Assembly: GCA_035569555.1 (NCBI GenBank)
Contig: DATMMW010000040.1
Span: 214,101-278,100, forward strand
DNA: 64,000 bases
Direction: 5' to 3'
Source: Candidatus Dormiibacterota bacterium
GTDB lineage: Bacteria; Acidobacteriota; Terriglobia; Acidiferrales; UBA7541
Part shown: one piece after another, positions 48,805 to 58,702 of the stretch
Layout: every line of letters begins with the position of its first letter
Position numbering within the stretch: the first letter of the stretch is position 1
The notes under the pieces: model-generated
The model's database searches: none
The model's input: only the letters and a program-made list of their open reading frames with translations
Told to the model about the DNA's origin: nothing
Translations under genes and position numbers: made by a program

Positions 48805-50496
48805 ATGCGGCGAAATATCAGCTGGTTTTTTTTACTGCTCGGATTGATTGCCGGGCCGGCAAACACCTGTGCACAAAAAACTTCGACCACGCGATCCTCT
48901 GGTTCGAATGGCCAGGGGATTTTCCTGGTTTTTCCATTCGAAAATGTGGGCGCGAGTCCAAGGATGGATTGGCTGAGTGAAGGTCTTGAAGAACTGACGA
49001 TCCAAAAACTTTCGGCGGCAGGGCAACAGGTGTATTCGCATGCGGGGCGTACGGCAGAGTTAGACCGCTATGGGCTGCCGCAAAGCGCGCGGCTCAGCCA
49101 CGCCACGATGCTGCGAATTGGCGCGGAGCTGGATGCGGATTACGTGGTGTTTGGCAAGTTCAGTTCGGATGGAAGTTCCTTAACATTGCAAGCGCAAGTC
49201 TTACGTGTGAATCCGGTTGGCCTGGAACATGCAATACAGGAAACCGGAAAGCTCGATTCCTTGATGGATGTGCATGCGAAGCTTGTGTGGAGAACACTTG
49301 CGGGGAATGAGAAGACATATCCGCTGAGTCTTTCTGAGTTCTCTAAATTGCAACGCACATTGCGATTGGATGCGTTCGAACACTACATTCGCGGACTACT
49401 GGCGAATGAGGATGACACAAAGACACGCGAACTGCGTGAAGCGACGCGGCTGGAACCGGACTGGCCCGATCCGGCATTTGCGCTGGGGCAGGTTTATTAC
49501 GGGCGACGCGATTGCCCGTCGGCTTTGCCGTGGCTGGGACGTGTGCCGAGAACGAATTTGCGCTATGCAGAGGCTGTATTTGCGACCGGAGTTTGCCGGC
49601 TCTGGATGGATGAGCCGGATAAAGCGGAAGCGGTTTTTGTTTCATTGCAAGAAGCACTGAAGGACAACCTTGTATCTGGCGCAGACTTGCCGGAAATTCT
49701 GAACAATTTGGGTGTGGCACGGGCGCGGCAGGGAAAATCGGCGGACGGAATTGCAGCGTTGCGGCGTGCTGCGGAACTTGATCCGGAAGAAGACGACTAC
49801 CCTGTGAACCTGGGGCTGGTGTATTTGCGCGCGAATGAGTTTGCAAAGGCCGTGGACGAATTCAGGGATGCGACGGAACGCGAGCCGGAAACGGCGGAAG
49901 ATCGTTCGCTGTTGATTTACGCGCTGGGCAAGGCTGGAAAGAAAGACGAAGTAGAAGAGGAAAAAGATGCGGCGGCGGAAGCACTTGGCCCCGGGGCGTT
50001 GCCGACTGTGAAACCAGACAGCTTGGCGAAGATGGAGCGGCTAAAAACGGAGCTCGATACTTCCACACTGCAATTGGAAAACTTGACGCAACAAAATACA
50101 GCGGCAAATGCAGCGAGCGCGGGAGATTCATCGGCGGGATTGGTCCGGCGCGGAAGGCAGGAACTTTCGGCAGGACGGCTGGAAACTGCGGAGGCAGCGT
50201 TTCGCGCGGCGCTTGCCGTCGATCCTGGCGGCGCGTCCGCACATCGCGGACTCGCTGACATTGCCCGCCGCAGGAACAAGCCGGACGAAGCGGTGAAAGA
50301 ACTGCAGGCAGCGCTGGCACGGCGCGATTCGGCGGTGGATCACGTTTCCCTAGCAAGGATTTATCTCGAACAGAAGAAAAATGATCTTGCAAAAACGGAA
50401 TTGGAACGCGCGCTGAAGCTTGCACCGAACTATGCGGAAGCAAAACAGTTGATGGAGCATTTGCAAGGCGGGAAGCCGGGCGGGGCAAAGAAGTGA
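48805..50496 (+). CDS. TPR-repeat protein with N-terminal TolB-N/CsgG-like module
   Basis: ATG 48805 gives the signal peptide MRRNISWFFLLLGLIAGPANTCA. Multiple TPR units in the C-terminal half. Confidence 0.75.
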   Translation: MRRNISWFFLLLGLIAGPANTCAQKTSTTRSSGSNGQGIFLVFPFENVGASPRMDWLSEGLEELTIQKLSAAGQQVYSHAGRTAELDRYGLPQSARLSHATMLRIGAELDADYVVFGKFSSDGSSLTLQAQVLRVNPVGLEHAIQETGKLDSLMDVHAKLVWRTLAGNEKTYPLSLSEFSKLQRTLRLDAFEHYIRGLLANEDDTKTRELREATRLEPDWPDPAFALGQVYYGRRDCPSALPWLGRVPRTNLRYAEAVFATGVCRLWMDEPDKAEAVFVSLQEALKDNLVSGADLPEILNNLGVARARQGKSADGIAALRRAAELDPEEDDYPVNLGLVYLRANEFAKAVDEFRDATEREPETAEDRSLLIYALGKAGKKDEVEEEKDAAAEALGPGALPTVKPDSLAKMERLKTELDTSTLQLENLTQQNTAANAASAGDSSAGLVRRGRQELSAGRLETAEAAFRAALAVDPGGASAHRGLADIARRRNKPDEAVKELQAALARRDSAVDHVSLARIYLEQKKNDLAKTELERALKLAPNYAEAKQLMEHLQGGKPGGAKK

Positions 50497-51869
50497 AATT
50501 TGTTTCCAGACAATTGAATTTGGTTCCGTGGCAATGGGCAGGAACGTCGGCATTTATTGCATTGCTGGCAGTTTGTTTTGGTTTGCATGGTGCGCGGGCA
50601 CAGGAAAAGCAGAGCGTGCCGCTTGTCCTCGATATGCAGATTAGCGGAGAGATCGAGCCGGTGCTGGCGACATATATAGAAGAAGGGCTGGCCGATGCAG
50701 CGCGACGGCACGCAACGTTGGTGCTGATTACGATGGATACTCCCGGAGGGTTGAGCGATTCCACGGAAAAAATCGTGCAACACATATTGGATTCGCCCGT
50801 ACCTGTAGCGGTGTACGTTGCACCCAAGGGGGCACGCGGAGCGTCCGCAGGATTTTTCATTTTGTTGAGCGCGGACGTTGCAGCCATGGCTCCCGCAACG
50901 CGCACAGGCGCAGCTTCGCCGATACTTGCTATAGGCGGATTTACCATCGGAGTGGACGAAACCCTGCGGCGAAAAATTATGAATGACGCGCAGGCGTTCC
51001 TGCGCAGCTTTTCAGAAAAACGCGGGAGGAACCTTGCGTTGGCCGAAACTGCCGTGACGGACGCGAAAGCGTTTACGGCGCAAGAAGCTCTGGACGGCAA
51101 GCTTATTGATTACATCGCGGATTCGCCGGAAGAGCTGCTGCAGAAACTGAACGGGCGGGAGATCACGCGGTTCAATGGAACAAAGGTGAAGCTGGAGCTT
51201 GCGAATCCCGTACGGCAACAGTTTGCGCTGTCCATGCGGCAAAGTTTTTTGGCGCGAATCGTTGAGCCTGATGCGTTTTTCCTGCTGCTGATTGTTGGCG
51301 CGCTCGGTTTATACACGGAGTTCACGCATCCAGGCATGGTTGCGCCGGGCGTTGTCGGGGCGATCTGCATGGTGCTGGCGCTATACGCGATGCATTTACT
51401 GCCCGTGAATCTCGCCGGTGTTTTGCTGATTTTGGTTGGCATCACGCTGTTTGTGCTGGAAGCGAAATATACAAGCCATGGCGCACTGCTCATTGGCGGT
51501 ATCGTGGCGATGATTTTAGGCGCATTATTTCTAGTGCGTTCGCCTTTGACGGCGGGCGGAGTGAGCCTGGGGATTGCAATTGCGGTGACGCTGCCGTTTG
51601 CCGGCATTTCGGTCTTTTTGATGCGCTCCGTTTTGCGTTCGCGCAGGTGGAAGCCGGCGACCGGATTGGAAGAGATGATCGGAGAAGTGGGAACGGTGGT
51701 GAAAGCAGTCCCCGCAGCGGGAGAGGGAATGATCCGCTTGCATGGAGAATTGTGGCGGGCATTTTCTTCACAAGCGATTGCCGACGGGAAGTCCGTAAGA
51801 GTCATAAAAGTGGAAGGATTGCGAGTGCAGGTAGCACCGACGGAGGCTTCGGGCAACACGCGGAATTAG
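50493..51869 (+). CDS. NfeD-family membrane-bound serine protease
   Basis: GTGA overlap with the upstream stop. ClpP-like domain (ITMDTPGGLSDS), TM block, and C-terminal NfeD OB domain (GMIRLHGELWRAFS). Confidence 0.85.
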   Translation: MKFVSRQLNLVPWQWAGTSAFIALLAVCFGLHGARAQEKQSVPLVLDMQISGEIEPVLATYIEEGLADAARRHATLVLITMDTPGGLSDSTEKIVQHILDSPVPVAVYVAPKGARGASAGFFILLSADVAAMAPATRTGAASPILAIGGFTIGVDETLRRKIMNDAQAFLRSFSEKRGRNLALAETAVTDAKAFTAQEALDGKLIDYIADSPEELLQKLNGREITRFNGTKVKLELANPVRQQFALSMRQSFLARIVEPDAFFLLLIVGALGLYTEFTHPGMVAPGVVGAICMVLALYAMHLLPVNLAGVLLILVGITLFVLEAKYTSHGALLIGGIVAMILGALFLVRSPLTAGGVSLGIAIAVTLPFAGISVFLMRSVLRSRRWKPATGLEEMIGEVGTVVKAVPAAGEGMIRLHGELWRAFSSQAIADGKSVRVIKVEGLRVQVAPTEASGNTRN

Positions 51870-51893
51870 TTTTTAGGGCTTGGGGGAGGAAAC

Positions 51894-52661
51894 ATGGAGA
51901 GCTGGCTGCCAGTGTTGGTCGTAATCGGGGTGGTTCTGCTGTGGCTGGGAAAATCTTTCAACATCATTAAGGAATGGGAGCGCGGCGCAGTGCTGCGCCT
52001 GGGGCGCATGTTACCGGATGCGAAGGGCGCGGGCTTGCGGATTATCGCGTGGCCGATTGAAACGCTATATCGCATTCCATTGCGCATCGTGACGCTCGAT
52101 GTGCCGCCGCAGGACATCATTACGAAGGACAACGTTTCCGTGAAAGTGAACGCAGTTTGCTACTTCAAAGTGGTGGATGCGAACCGCGCATTACGCGAAG
52201 TGGAAAATTACCTGTACGCGACTTCGCAGCTGGCACAGACAACACTGCGCAGCGTGGTAGGGCAATTCCAGTTGGATGAAATTCTTTCCGAGCGCGACAA
52301 GGTGAACGAAAAGCTTCAATTGATTCTCGATCAGGACACGGAAGCGTGGGGAATCAAAGTGACAAAGGTGGAAGTGAAGCAGGTGGACATCCCCGAACAG
52401 ATGCAACGGGCGATCGCGCGGCAAGCGGAAGCGGAGCGCGAACGGCGCGCGAAGGTTATTCATGCGGACGGCGAGTATGAGGCATCGCAAAAGCTAGCGG
52501 ATGCGGCAAAGGTGTTGGAGACGCAGCCCTCCGCAATCCAGTTGCGGTACTTACAGACGTTAACTGAAATAGGTGTCGAGAAGAACACAACGATTGTGTT
52601 TCCGCTACCCGTGGATATCATTAGTAGCTGGGTGAATGCGCTGGGGGGCAAACAGAAATAA
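51894..52661 (+). CDS. SPFH/band-7 stomatin-like (slipin) protein
   Basis: Contains EWERGAVLRLGR...QDIITKDNVSVKVNAVCYFKV...RAKVIHADGEYEAS. Confidence 0.9.
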   Translation: MESWLPVLVVIGVVLLWLGKSFNIIKEWERGAVLRLGRMLPDAKGAGLRIIAWPIETLYRIPLRIVTLDVPPQDIITKDNVSVKVNAVCYFKVVDANRALREVENYLYATSQLAQTTLRSVVGQFQLDEILSERDKVNEKLQLILDQDTEAWGIKVTKVEVKQVDIPEQMQRAIARQAEAERERRAKVIHADGEYEASQKLADAAKVLETQPSAIQLRYLQTLTEIGVEKNTTIVFPLPVDIISSWVNALGGKQK

Positions 52662-52663
52662 GC

Positions 52664-53344
52664 ATGGCTGCTGGGGGAAAAAGAGGAAGCGCGGGCGATC
52701 GCGTGCTGGAAGGTCGGCATGTGATTGGATTGTTTTTCCTGATGCTGCTTTTCTCCGGCGTATTTTTCACGCTCGGCTATGTGATGGGCCGAAACCAGTT
52801 TGAAGGCCAAGTACGTGCGGAGACTTCGACGAAATCTTCGGACATGGTGATAAGTCCCAAGTCCGATGTGGAATCGAAGCGAACGAAAGAAATTCCGAAA
52901 ATCGAACCTGCCACGGATCCTGTTGCGCCGCCGAGTTCGGATTGGGAGTTTTATCACGCCGGGGACAACAAGGTTGCGGACGAACATCTGAAACCAGCGC
53001 CACCAACAAGCAATTCGTCTGCAAAGAATGTCGTTCCTGCTCCGGCGAAGTTGAATGCTGGCGTGAAGGCAACCGCCGCTCCTGCAGCGAAAAACGTTGC
53101 GAGCGCGCCGCAGGTTTCGCATGGCGCATTCACGGTGCAGGTTGCAGCGCTCACGAAGCAAGCGGATGCGATGAGCGTCGCTTCAAATTTGCAAAAGAAG
53201 AAATTTCCTGCGTACGTTGTTCCCCCGCAGGGTGACAAATATTTTCGAGTTCAGGTAGGTCCTTATCCGAATCAGAAGGCTGCGGATGCGGCTCGGAAGA
53301 GCATCGAATCCGCCGGCTTTAAGGCCATAGTGAAGCGCGGATGA
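52664..53344 (+). CDS. SPOR-domain protein
   Basis: TM anchor, disordered linker, and C-terminal SPOR domain (FTVQVAALTKQADAMSVASNLQKKKFPAYV...FRVQVGPY). Confidence 0.8.
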   Translation: MAAGGKRGSAGDRVLEGRHVIGLFFLMLLFSGVFFTLGYVMGRNQFEGQVRAETSTKSSDMVISPKSDVESKRTKEIPKIEPATDPVAPPSSDWEFYHAGDNKVADEHLKPAPPTSNSSAKNVVPAPAKLNAGVKATAAPAAKNVASAPQVSHGAFTVQVAALTKQADAMSVASNLQKKKFPAYVVPPQGDKYFRVQVGPYPNQKAADAARKSIESAGFKAIVKRG

Positions 53345-54942
53345 CGCCGCGCGGCTGGTTCGCATTTCTCAATCCACAATCCGGCGCGGAAATGCCCATC
53401 GTACTGCGCGTGTTTTTTGCCGCGCTTACTGGCGCGGGCCTTTCGCTATCTTTCACGGGTTTCTATTTGCAAATCTATTCGTGGGTCAGCGTTGGCCTGC
53501 TGCTGATTTTGGTGATTGGGCCGAAGCCGCGCTTTGCTTTTTTGTGCGGGTTTCTGCATGCAATTGCATTTGTGCTGACGTCTGTGCCATGGATCGCAAC
53601 GGTCCTGAGCGTGCATGGAGGACTTTCTCCGGCAGGTGGATGGGGTGTGTTGCTGCTGATTGCAGCCGCGTGGGGAGTTTTGGTCGGCAGTTTTGCGTGG
53701 TGCGCGAACCGTATCGCCAGGCACGATGCGAAGCTGGCCTGTATTGCGGCGCCATTCCTTTGGGTAACGTTCGAGTTCATTCGCGCTCATCTACCGGAGA
53801 TCAGCTTTCCGTGGAATTTGCTGGGATATCCCGCAGGGACCAATCTTGCTCTGGTGCAGATTTCGACGGTCACCGGAATTTACGGGCTTTCGTTTATTGT
53901 CGCAGCGTTCAATGCGCTAATTGCATGGGCGGACGTTGCACCGAAGCCCGCTATGATCAAGAAAGTTTCGGTAGTAGGTATTGCGACTGCTGTGATCTTG
54001 CTCGTGATGCTTGCCGGCGGAAAGCTTGTTCCCATGCCAGTCGCCAGTCACGTTGCGAGAGCGGTGCAGCCGGATTTTCCGGAAGTGGAATCGTACGGAC
54101 AGGATTGGTTTGGAACTCACAGTGACGATCTAAGAGATTTGCAAGATTTGAGTTTGTCGCCCTCTTCGAAGAATCCGGATTTGATTATTTGGCCGGAAGC
54201 ACCAGCACCGTTTTCGTGGCAGGACAATCATTTCGCGAAAATCGCATCGAACATCGGAATCAAAAGCGGCCATCCATTTCTTGCGGGAACGATTGAATGG
54301 AAAGCGGAGAAACTGCCTTCCGGCCTGTTGACTCAAGTGCCGTACAACAGTGCCGTTTTGGTGGATCGCCAAGGGCAGCGAATTTTTTCCTACGACAAGA
54401 TGCATCTCGTTCCGTTCGGCGAGTACGAACCGTTTCCGTTGATTCACCGCGTGGTTTCGAGTGTGTCGAGCGAGGTTGGCGGATTCCGGAAGGGAACCAA
54501 TCGCGTGGACGGGACGCTGCCGAATGGATTCAAGTTTGGCGTCTACATTTGCTACGAAGCGATTTATCCCGGAGAGATTCGCGAATTTGCGAATCGGGGC
54601 GCGAATCTGCTGATCAATATTTCCAATGACGGGTGGTTCGGAAAATCGGCGGCGGCGGAGCAGCATTTGCGCATGGCGCGTGTGCGAGCCGTGGAAAACC
54701 GGCGGTGGCTGCTTCGCGTGACGAACAACGGGATTACGGCAGCGGTTGATCCATATGGCCGGACATACACTTCGATTCCTCGCGATGTGCGCGGGGCGGC
54801 GGATTTGCCGTACGATTTCCGGACGGATCGCACCATCTACACGCGATTGGGCGACTGGTTCGCTTGGCTGTGCCTGCTTGTTTCGTTTATTCTAGTAGGG
54901 CGAACATTTTTGACGAAACGAAGCAATGAAGTAACGACGTAA
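53341..54942 (+). CDS. lnt: apolipoprotein N-acyltransferase
   Basis: ATGA overlap with the SPOR gene. 7-8 TM helices plus a CN-hydrolase domain (LIIWPE..., FGVYICYEAIYP). Confidence 0.92.
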   Translation: MTPRGWFAFLNPQSGAEMPIVLRVFFAALTGAGLSLSFTGFYLQIYSWVSVGLLLILVIGPKPRFAFLCGFLHAIAFVLTSVPWIATVLSVHGGLSPAGGWGVLLLIAAAWGVLVGSFAWCANRIARHDAKLACIAAPFLWVTFEFIRAHLPEISFPWNLLGYPAGTNLALVQISTVTGIYGLSFIVAAFNALIAWADVAPKPAMIKKVSVVGIATAVILLVMLAGGKLVPMPVASHVARAVQPDFPEVESYGQDWFGTHSDDLRDLQDLSLSPSSKNPDLIIWPEAPAPFSWQDNHFAKIASNIGIKSGHPFLAGTIEWKAEKLPSGLLTQVPYNSAVLVDRQGQRIFSYDKMHLVPFGEYEPFPLIHRVVSSVSSEVGGFRKGTNRVDGTLPNGFKFGVYICYEAIYPGEIREFANRGANLLINISNDGWFGKSAAAEQHLRMARVRAVENRRWLLRVTNNGITAAVDPYGRTYTSIPRDVRGAADLPYDFRTDRTIYTRLGDWFAWLCLLVSFILVGRTFLTKRSNEVTT

Positions 54943-54968
54943 CGAAGAAACGAAAGAGCGACGACGAG

Positions 54969-56121
54969 ATGATTCTGGAAGATCTGCAGTATCGATATGA
55001 AGGATTGAAGCAGCGCATCACGCTTGTGCGGAGCTTTCTTTGACGCCGCGCATTTCCGCGAAGAACTAAAAACCCTCGAAGAAAAAATAGCGAAGCCCGG
55101 CTTCTGGGACGACCAGGAGAAAGCGCAAGGCGTTTTGCGTGAACGCAAGCGCGCAGAGGACCAGGTGTCCGCGGACGCGAAGCTGACGTCTGCGACCGGC
55201 GATATCGAGACATATATTGATTTGGCATCGCAGGAAACGAACGCAGCCCAGAAGGAAGAACTGCTGCGCGACCTCGACCGCGAATTGACGGCAACGGAAA
55301 CGTTCGTGTCCGAACAAGAGACGAAGACGCTGCTCTCCGGGGAAACCGACCATCTGAACGCGATCATGACGATCAAGCCCGGCGCCGGTGGAACGGAATC
55401 GCAGGACTGGGCTTCGATTCTGCTGCGTATGTATTTGCGCTGGGCGGAGCGGAAAAAATTCAATGCCGTCGTGCTGGACGAAACGCCCGGGGAAGAGGCG
55501 GGCATCAAGAACGCCACGATTCAGATTACCGGTGAAAACGCGTACGGACTTTTGGCCGGAGAAACCGGCGTGCATCGTCTGGTGCGCATTTCTCCGTTCG
55601 ATCAGGCGGCGAGGCGGCACACTTCGTTTGCCAGCGTGTTTGTGATTCCGGAAATCGATGACCGGATTGAAATCAACATCAAGCCGGACGAACTAAGACT
55701 CGATACCTATCGCGCGGGCGGCAAGGGTGGTCAGAACGTCAATAAAGTGGAGACTGCGGTGCGCATCACGCATTTGCCGACCGGAGTTGTGGTGGCATGT
55801 CAGGTGGAACGCAGCCAGCACAAGAATCGTGAACTGGCGATGAAGATGCTTCGGTCGAAACTGTACGATCTGGAACTGCAGAAACGGCGCGACGAAACCG
55901 ACAGGCTCGATGAAACAAAACTGGAAATTTCTTTCGGAAGCCAGATTCGGTCTTACGTGATGCAGCCGTATCGGCTGATCAAAGATCACCGCACGAAATT
56001 TGAAGTTGGCGACGTGGATAAGGTGCTGGACGGCGACATCGATCCCTTCATTCGTTCCTACCTGATGGCGAAAAAGACGAAGGGCAAGTTGACGGTCGAA
56101 GTGGACGACGAGGCAGTTTAG
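54969..56121 (+). CDS. prfB: peptide chain release factor 2 (requires programmed +1 frameshift at 55041)
   Basis: Frame 0 (54969-55040) reads [24 protein letters not shown], then the TGA at 55041-55043. The +1 frame continues [14 protein letters not shown]... and carries SPF and GGQ motifs. The ORF track shows only 55024-56121. Confidence 0.93.
55029..55044 (+). other. prfB +1 ribosomal frameshift cassette
   Basis: CGGAGC TTT CTT TGA C: an internal SD-like GGAG (55030-33), a 4-nt spacer, the slippery CTT (55038-40), and the TGA C stop context. Confidence 0.88.
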
Positions 56122-56220
56122 AAAGCCGTCCTAGACTCCGTGTCGTACGAACGCGCTTATCGGGCAGGTGGGGCCGGGCTTACTTCGAGATTTCCGACAA
56201 TAAAGAGTAAAGGAATCCAA

Positions 56221-56373
56221 CTACGAAGCCCGCGCTAGCGCTCCAAAGAATGGGAGCCGGATCATTGGCCACTGCTCGATAACATGAATGCGGGTAGTCG
56301 GTTGGCCCAGGAATCCTCCCAAGAGTGCCATTCCGAATGTCCATACCGCGACTCGTCGCAGTCGTTTGTTCAT
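56221..56373 (-). CDS. possible small membrane protein (50 aa)
   Basis: MNKRLRRVAVWTFGMALLGGFLGQ...: a basic N-terminus plus a hydrophobic helix. No SD and no known motif. Confidence 0.25.
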   Translation of the reverse strand: MNKRLRRVAVWTFGMALLGGFLGQPTTRIHVIEQWPMIRLPFFGALARAS

Positions 56374-56575
56374 GTTCCGGCACAATATAGGGTACACCCG
56401 GGTGTTTTTATAAAGAGTGCGCAAACTGCTGAAAAGAATTGGCTTGGTTTACGCTCAGGCGCAAAAGAGTGCAAGAGAAGAGCGAAGTTCCCCCACGGCA
56501 GTCCAGATGGTTATCAAAACAAAGGGCTTACGGGCGGAGCAACTTGGATGGTTGTGATTCTCAAAGACTTAGCCA

Positions 56576-56605
56576 AAAACGAAAAAAGCGGCAGGTGGCT
56601 GCCGC
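56576..56605 (-). terminator. rho-independent terminator (minus strand)
   Basis: GCGGCAG (56588-94), loop GTGG, CTGCCGC (56599-605). On the minus strand the hairpin is followed by TTTTTTCGTTTTTG. Confidence 0.7.
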
Positions 56606-56692
56606 GGAATAGTCGGACTATTTCCTAGTTGCTAATCTAACACAGGAGGTAACTTCGGTCAAGGGGAAACACGACATAAAAGAATTCTGCGG

Positions 56693-56815
56693 TCACGTCC
56701 GAGTGGGAAAAGCCAGTAAGCAACAGAGGAGTAACAGGATGGAATGCAGAAAGGGAAGGAGCGCCCACCTTGCGAACACCGCAAGCATAGGCCACTCACC
56801 GCCGTAGTTGTTCAT
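56693..56815 (-). CDS. possible 40-aa hydrophobic peptide
   Basis: MNNYGGEWPMLAVFARWALLPFLHSILLLLCCLLAFPTRT. It lies 88 nt upstream of the minus-strand terminator. No SD. The hydrophobicity may simply reflect a pyrimidine-rich strand. Confidence 0.2.
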   Translation of the reverse strand: MNNYGGEWPMLAVFARWALLPFLHSILLLLCCLLAFPTRT

Positions 56816-56832
56816 TTAGTTTTTGACTGTTG

Positions 56833-56853
56833 GGATCGGGTGTGCCACCCGCC
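56833..56853 (+). repeat. GGATCGrGTGyGCCACCCGCC box, copy A
   Basis: GGATCGGGTGTGCCACCCGCC, 213 nt upstream of the PEP-CTERM gene. Confidence 0.7.
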
Positions 56854-57065
56854 AAGGAAGATTGGCGATTAAGCCTGACAAGGCAACTGTTTGCCCAAAT
56901 TCTCAACCTCTTCTCCCTTCTGGCCAAAGCGAAGGCGCTGACGGAAGAGGGCCTGTAAGCGTAACTGTCTGAAAACAAAGCTTTAACGCTACCGTCCCTA
57001 TTTGGTTGTTCGATTGCCAATACTTCAGCCAGACTCCCGCAGAGTTTGGAGGAACGTAAGCAAGC

Positions 57066-57644
57066 ATGAGGAAACTAGTTCTAGCGGTACTACTACTGGT
57101 TGGCACGTCGGCCTATGCGGACACTTTGACCCTTACCGGTGCGCCGAACGGTGAAAATGGGCCGTACGATTTGAGTCTGAACGGCAGTTCGACGTCAACG
57201 CCGATGATCTGCTTTTCGGAAAAGAATCTCATCACTTTTGGCGAGAGTTGGAACGTCCAAGCCTATACCATCACACAGATCGCATCGTTGTCGGGGCCGT
57301 TTGCCGGCACGACGACACAATATAACGAACTCGGTTATCTGGCGAACCAGTTGTTCGCCAATCCCGGCAATAACGATCTGCAACAGGCCATATGGGCGGT
57401 GCTTGGCACCGGTGGCACAACCAACAGCGATTACTGGAGCGCAGTCAACTTCGTAACTGCCAATCCAACGTACATGACCTCGGATGTGTTCTACATTCCG
57501 GTCGGCGACTTTTCGGGGCCTAACTACCCCTATGGGACGCCGCAACCCTTCATCAGTCAAACGCCAGAGCCGTCGAGCGTGGTGCTACTCTGCGCTGGAT
57601 TGCTTGGATTGGCTGTCCTATCGCTGAAGAAGACGTCCGCCTAG
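57066..57644 (+). CDS. PEP-CTERM sorting-domain secreted protein
   Basis: Signal peptide MRKLVLAVLLLVGTSAYA. C-terminal TPEPSSVVLLCAGLLGLAVLSLKKTSA (PEP motif, TM, basic tail). Confidence 0.85.
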   Translation: MRKLVLAVLLLVGTSAYADTLTLTGAPNGENGPYDLSLNGSSTSTPMICFSEKNLITFGESWNVQAYTITQIASLSGPFAGTTTQYNELGYLANQLFANPGNNDLQQAIWAVLGTGGTTNSDYWSAVNFVTANPTYMTSDVFYIPVGDFSGPNYPYGTPQPFISQTPEPSSVVLLCAGLLGLAVLSLKKTSA

Positions 57645-57671
57645 ATTAACTTTCGCCCAAATTCTGAAAAG

Positions 57672-57699
57672 CCCGCCGGCAGTTTGCGGCGGGTTTTTT
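57672..57699 (+). terminator. rho-independent terminator
   Basis: CCCGCCG (57672-78) pairs with CGGCGGG (57687-93), followed by TTTTTTGTTTTT. Confidence 0.8.
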
Positions 57700-57823
57700 G
57701 TTTTTGATTCATGCACAAACCCAAAAGCGAAGCGAGGCATCAACACCCGTCACGTTCAGGATGGGACGCGCGAACCACAACTCCGGAACCTGGAGCACCC
57801 ATCACCTGGCGTTTTTCCTCAGC

Positions 57824-58702
57824 CTACAGTTTTGGCGGCGCCTGCTGATTTGCCTTATTGAGCTGCTGTTGCCTCTGCGCGGCGTTCAAATTGTCGATGT
57901 ACTTTTGCGTCGCAATTGCCGCTCGCGTGTCGATCCCGTTTTCCGTCATGGTCACAACCAGGTTGCCAATCATGGCGTTGGGATGCGTCTCATCCAGGCC
58001 AGTGGTTATATTTACCGGATATTTGCAAAGTCTGGAAAGGCGCACAAGTTCGGCGTCTGTAAAAGGGTTCGGTCCCAGCAGAAACGGTATCGTCCCCGGC
58101 GCTGTCTGCGATCCACTCACCGCGGATTGATTCGTCAATCCACTGCAGGCCATATCCCTCGTTGGAGGAACGGGCTGTCCTTGTTCATCCATTACCCACG
58201 CCATATTGGTCCCAAGAACGCCTTTTGAACTCACACCATACTTTTCGTGGAGCGATTGGATCAGCACCGACGCGGCGGGAGTTTTATCCATCGGAAAATT
58301 AATCTGGCGTTGAATCCACACGACCCGTTGGGGATTCGGCGGCGCGGAAAACCGAACCATGATCGCGTCGCCTAGTTGTCCGTCCGATTTTGGCAAAGCC
58401 CCTTTTACGTAGGTTACCCATGGCTGTTGCGGGCCGCTCGCGAATTTTACCCAGTAAATATTGGGAGGTCCCTGCAGATTTTCGCCTCGGTAAATTTTGT
58501 TGACGATCGCAATTGCTTCTTTCACTGGCATCCCGAGGTGAATGCCTTCCACATCCGGCAACTTTGCGTAATCAATTCCGCTGGCAGGCTCATTCACAAT
58601 CCATTGCAAGACTTGTTGCTGATTCGCGCCTTGCGCCCTTGCGCTGGAAACTCCCAACCCCGCCAGCAACAGCACTCCCAATATCTTCACTTTCGCTTTC
58701 AT
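57824..58702 (-). CDS. secreted hypothetical protein
   Basis: ATG 58702 gives the signal peptide MKAKVKILGVLLLAGLGVSSARA. 292 aa with a Gln-rich C-terminus. No motif recognised. Confidence 0.7.
   Translation of the reverse strand: MKAKVKILGVLLLAGLGVSSARAQGANQQQVLQWIVNEPASGIDYAKLPDVEGIHLGMPVKEAIAIVNKIYRGENLQGPPNIYWVKFASGPQQPWVTYVKGALPKSDGQLGDAIMVRFSAPPNPQRVVWIQRQINFPMDKTPAASVLIQSLHEKYGVSSKGVLGTNMAWVMDEQGQPVPPTRDMACSGLTNQSAVSGSQTAPGTIPFLLGPNPFTDAELVRLSRLCKYPVNITTGLDETHPNAMIGNLVVTMTENGIDTRAAIATQKYIDNLNAAQRQQQLNKANQQAPPKL

Noticed and set aside
49862-51100. 412-aa minus-strand ORF
   Set aside because: It is antisense to the TPR and NfeD genes. The translation is Pro/Ala/Ser/Arg-rich, so it is a shadow ORF.
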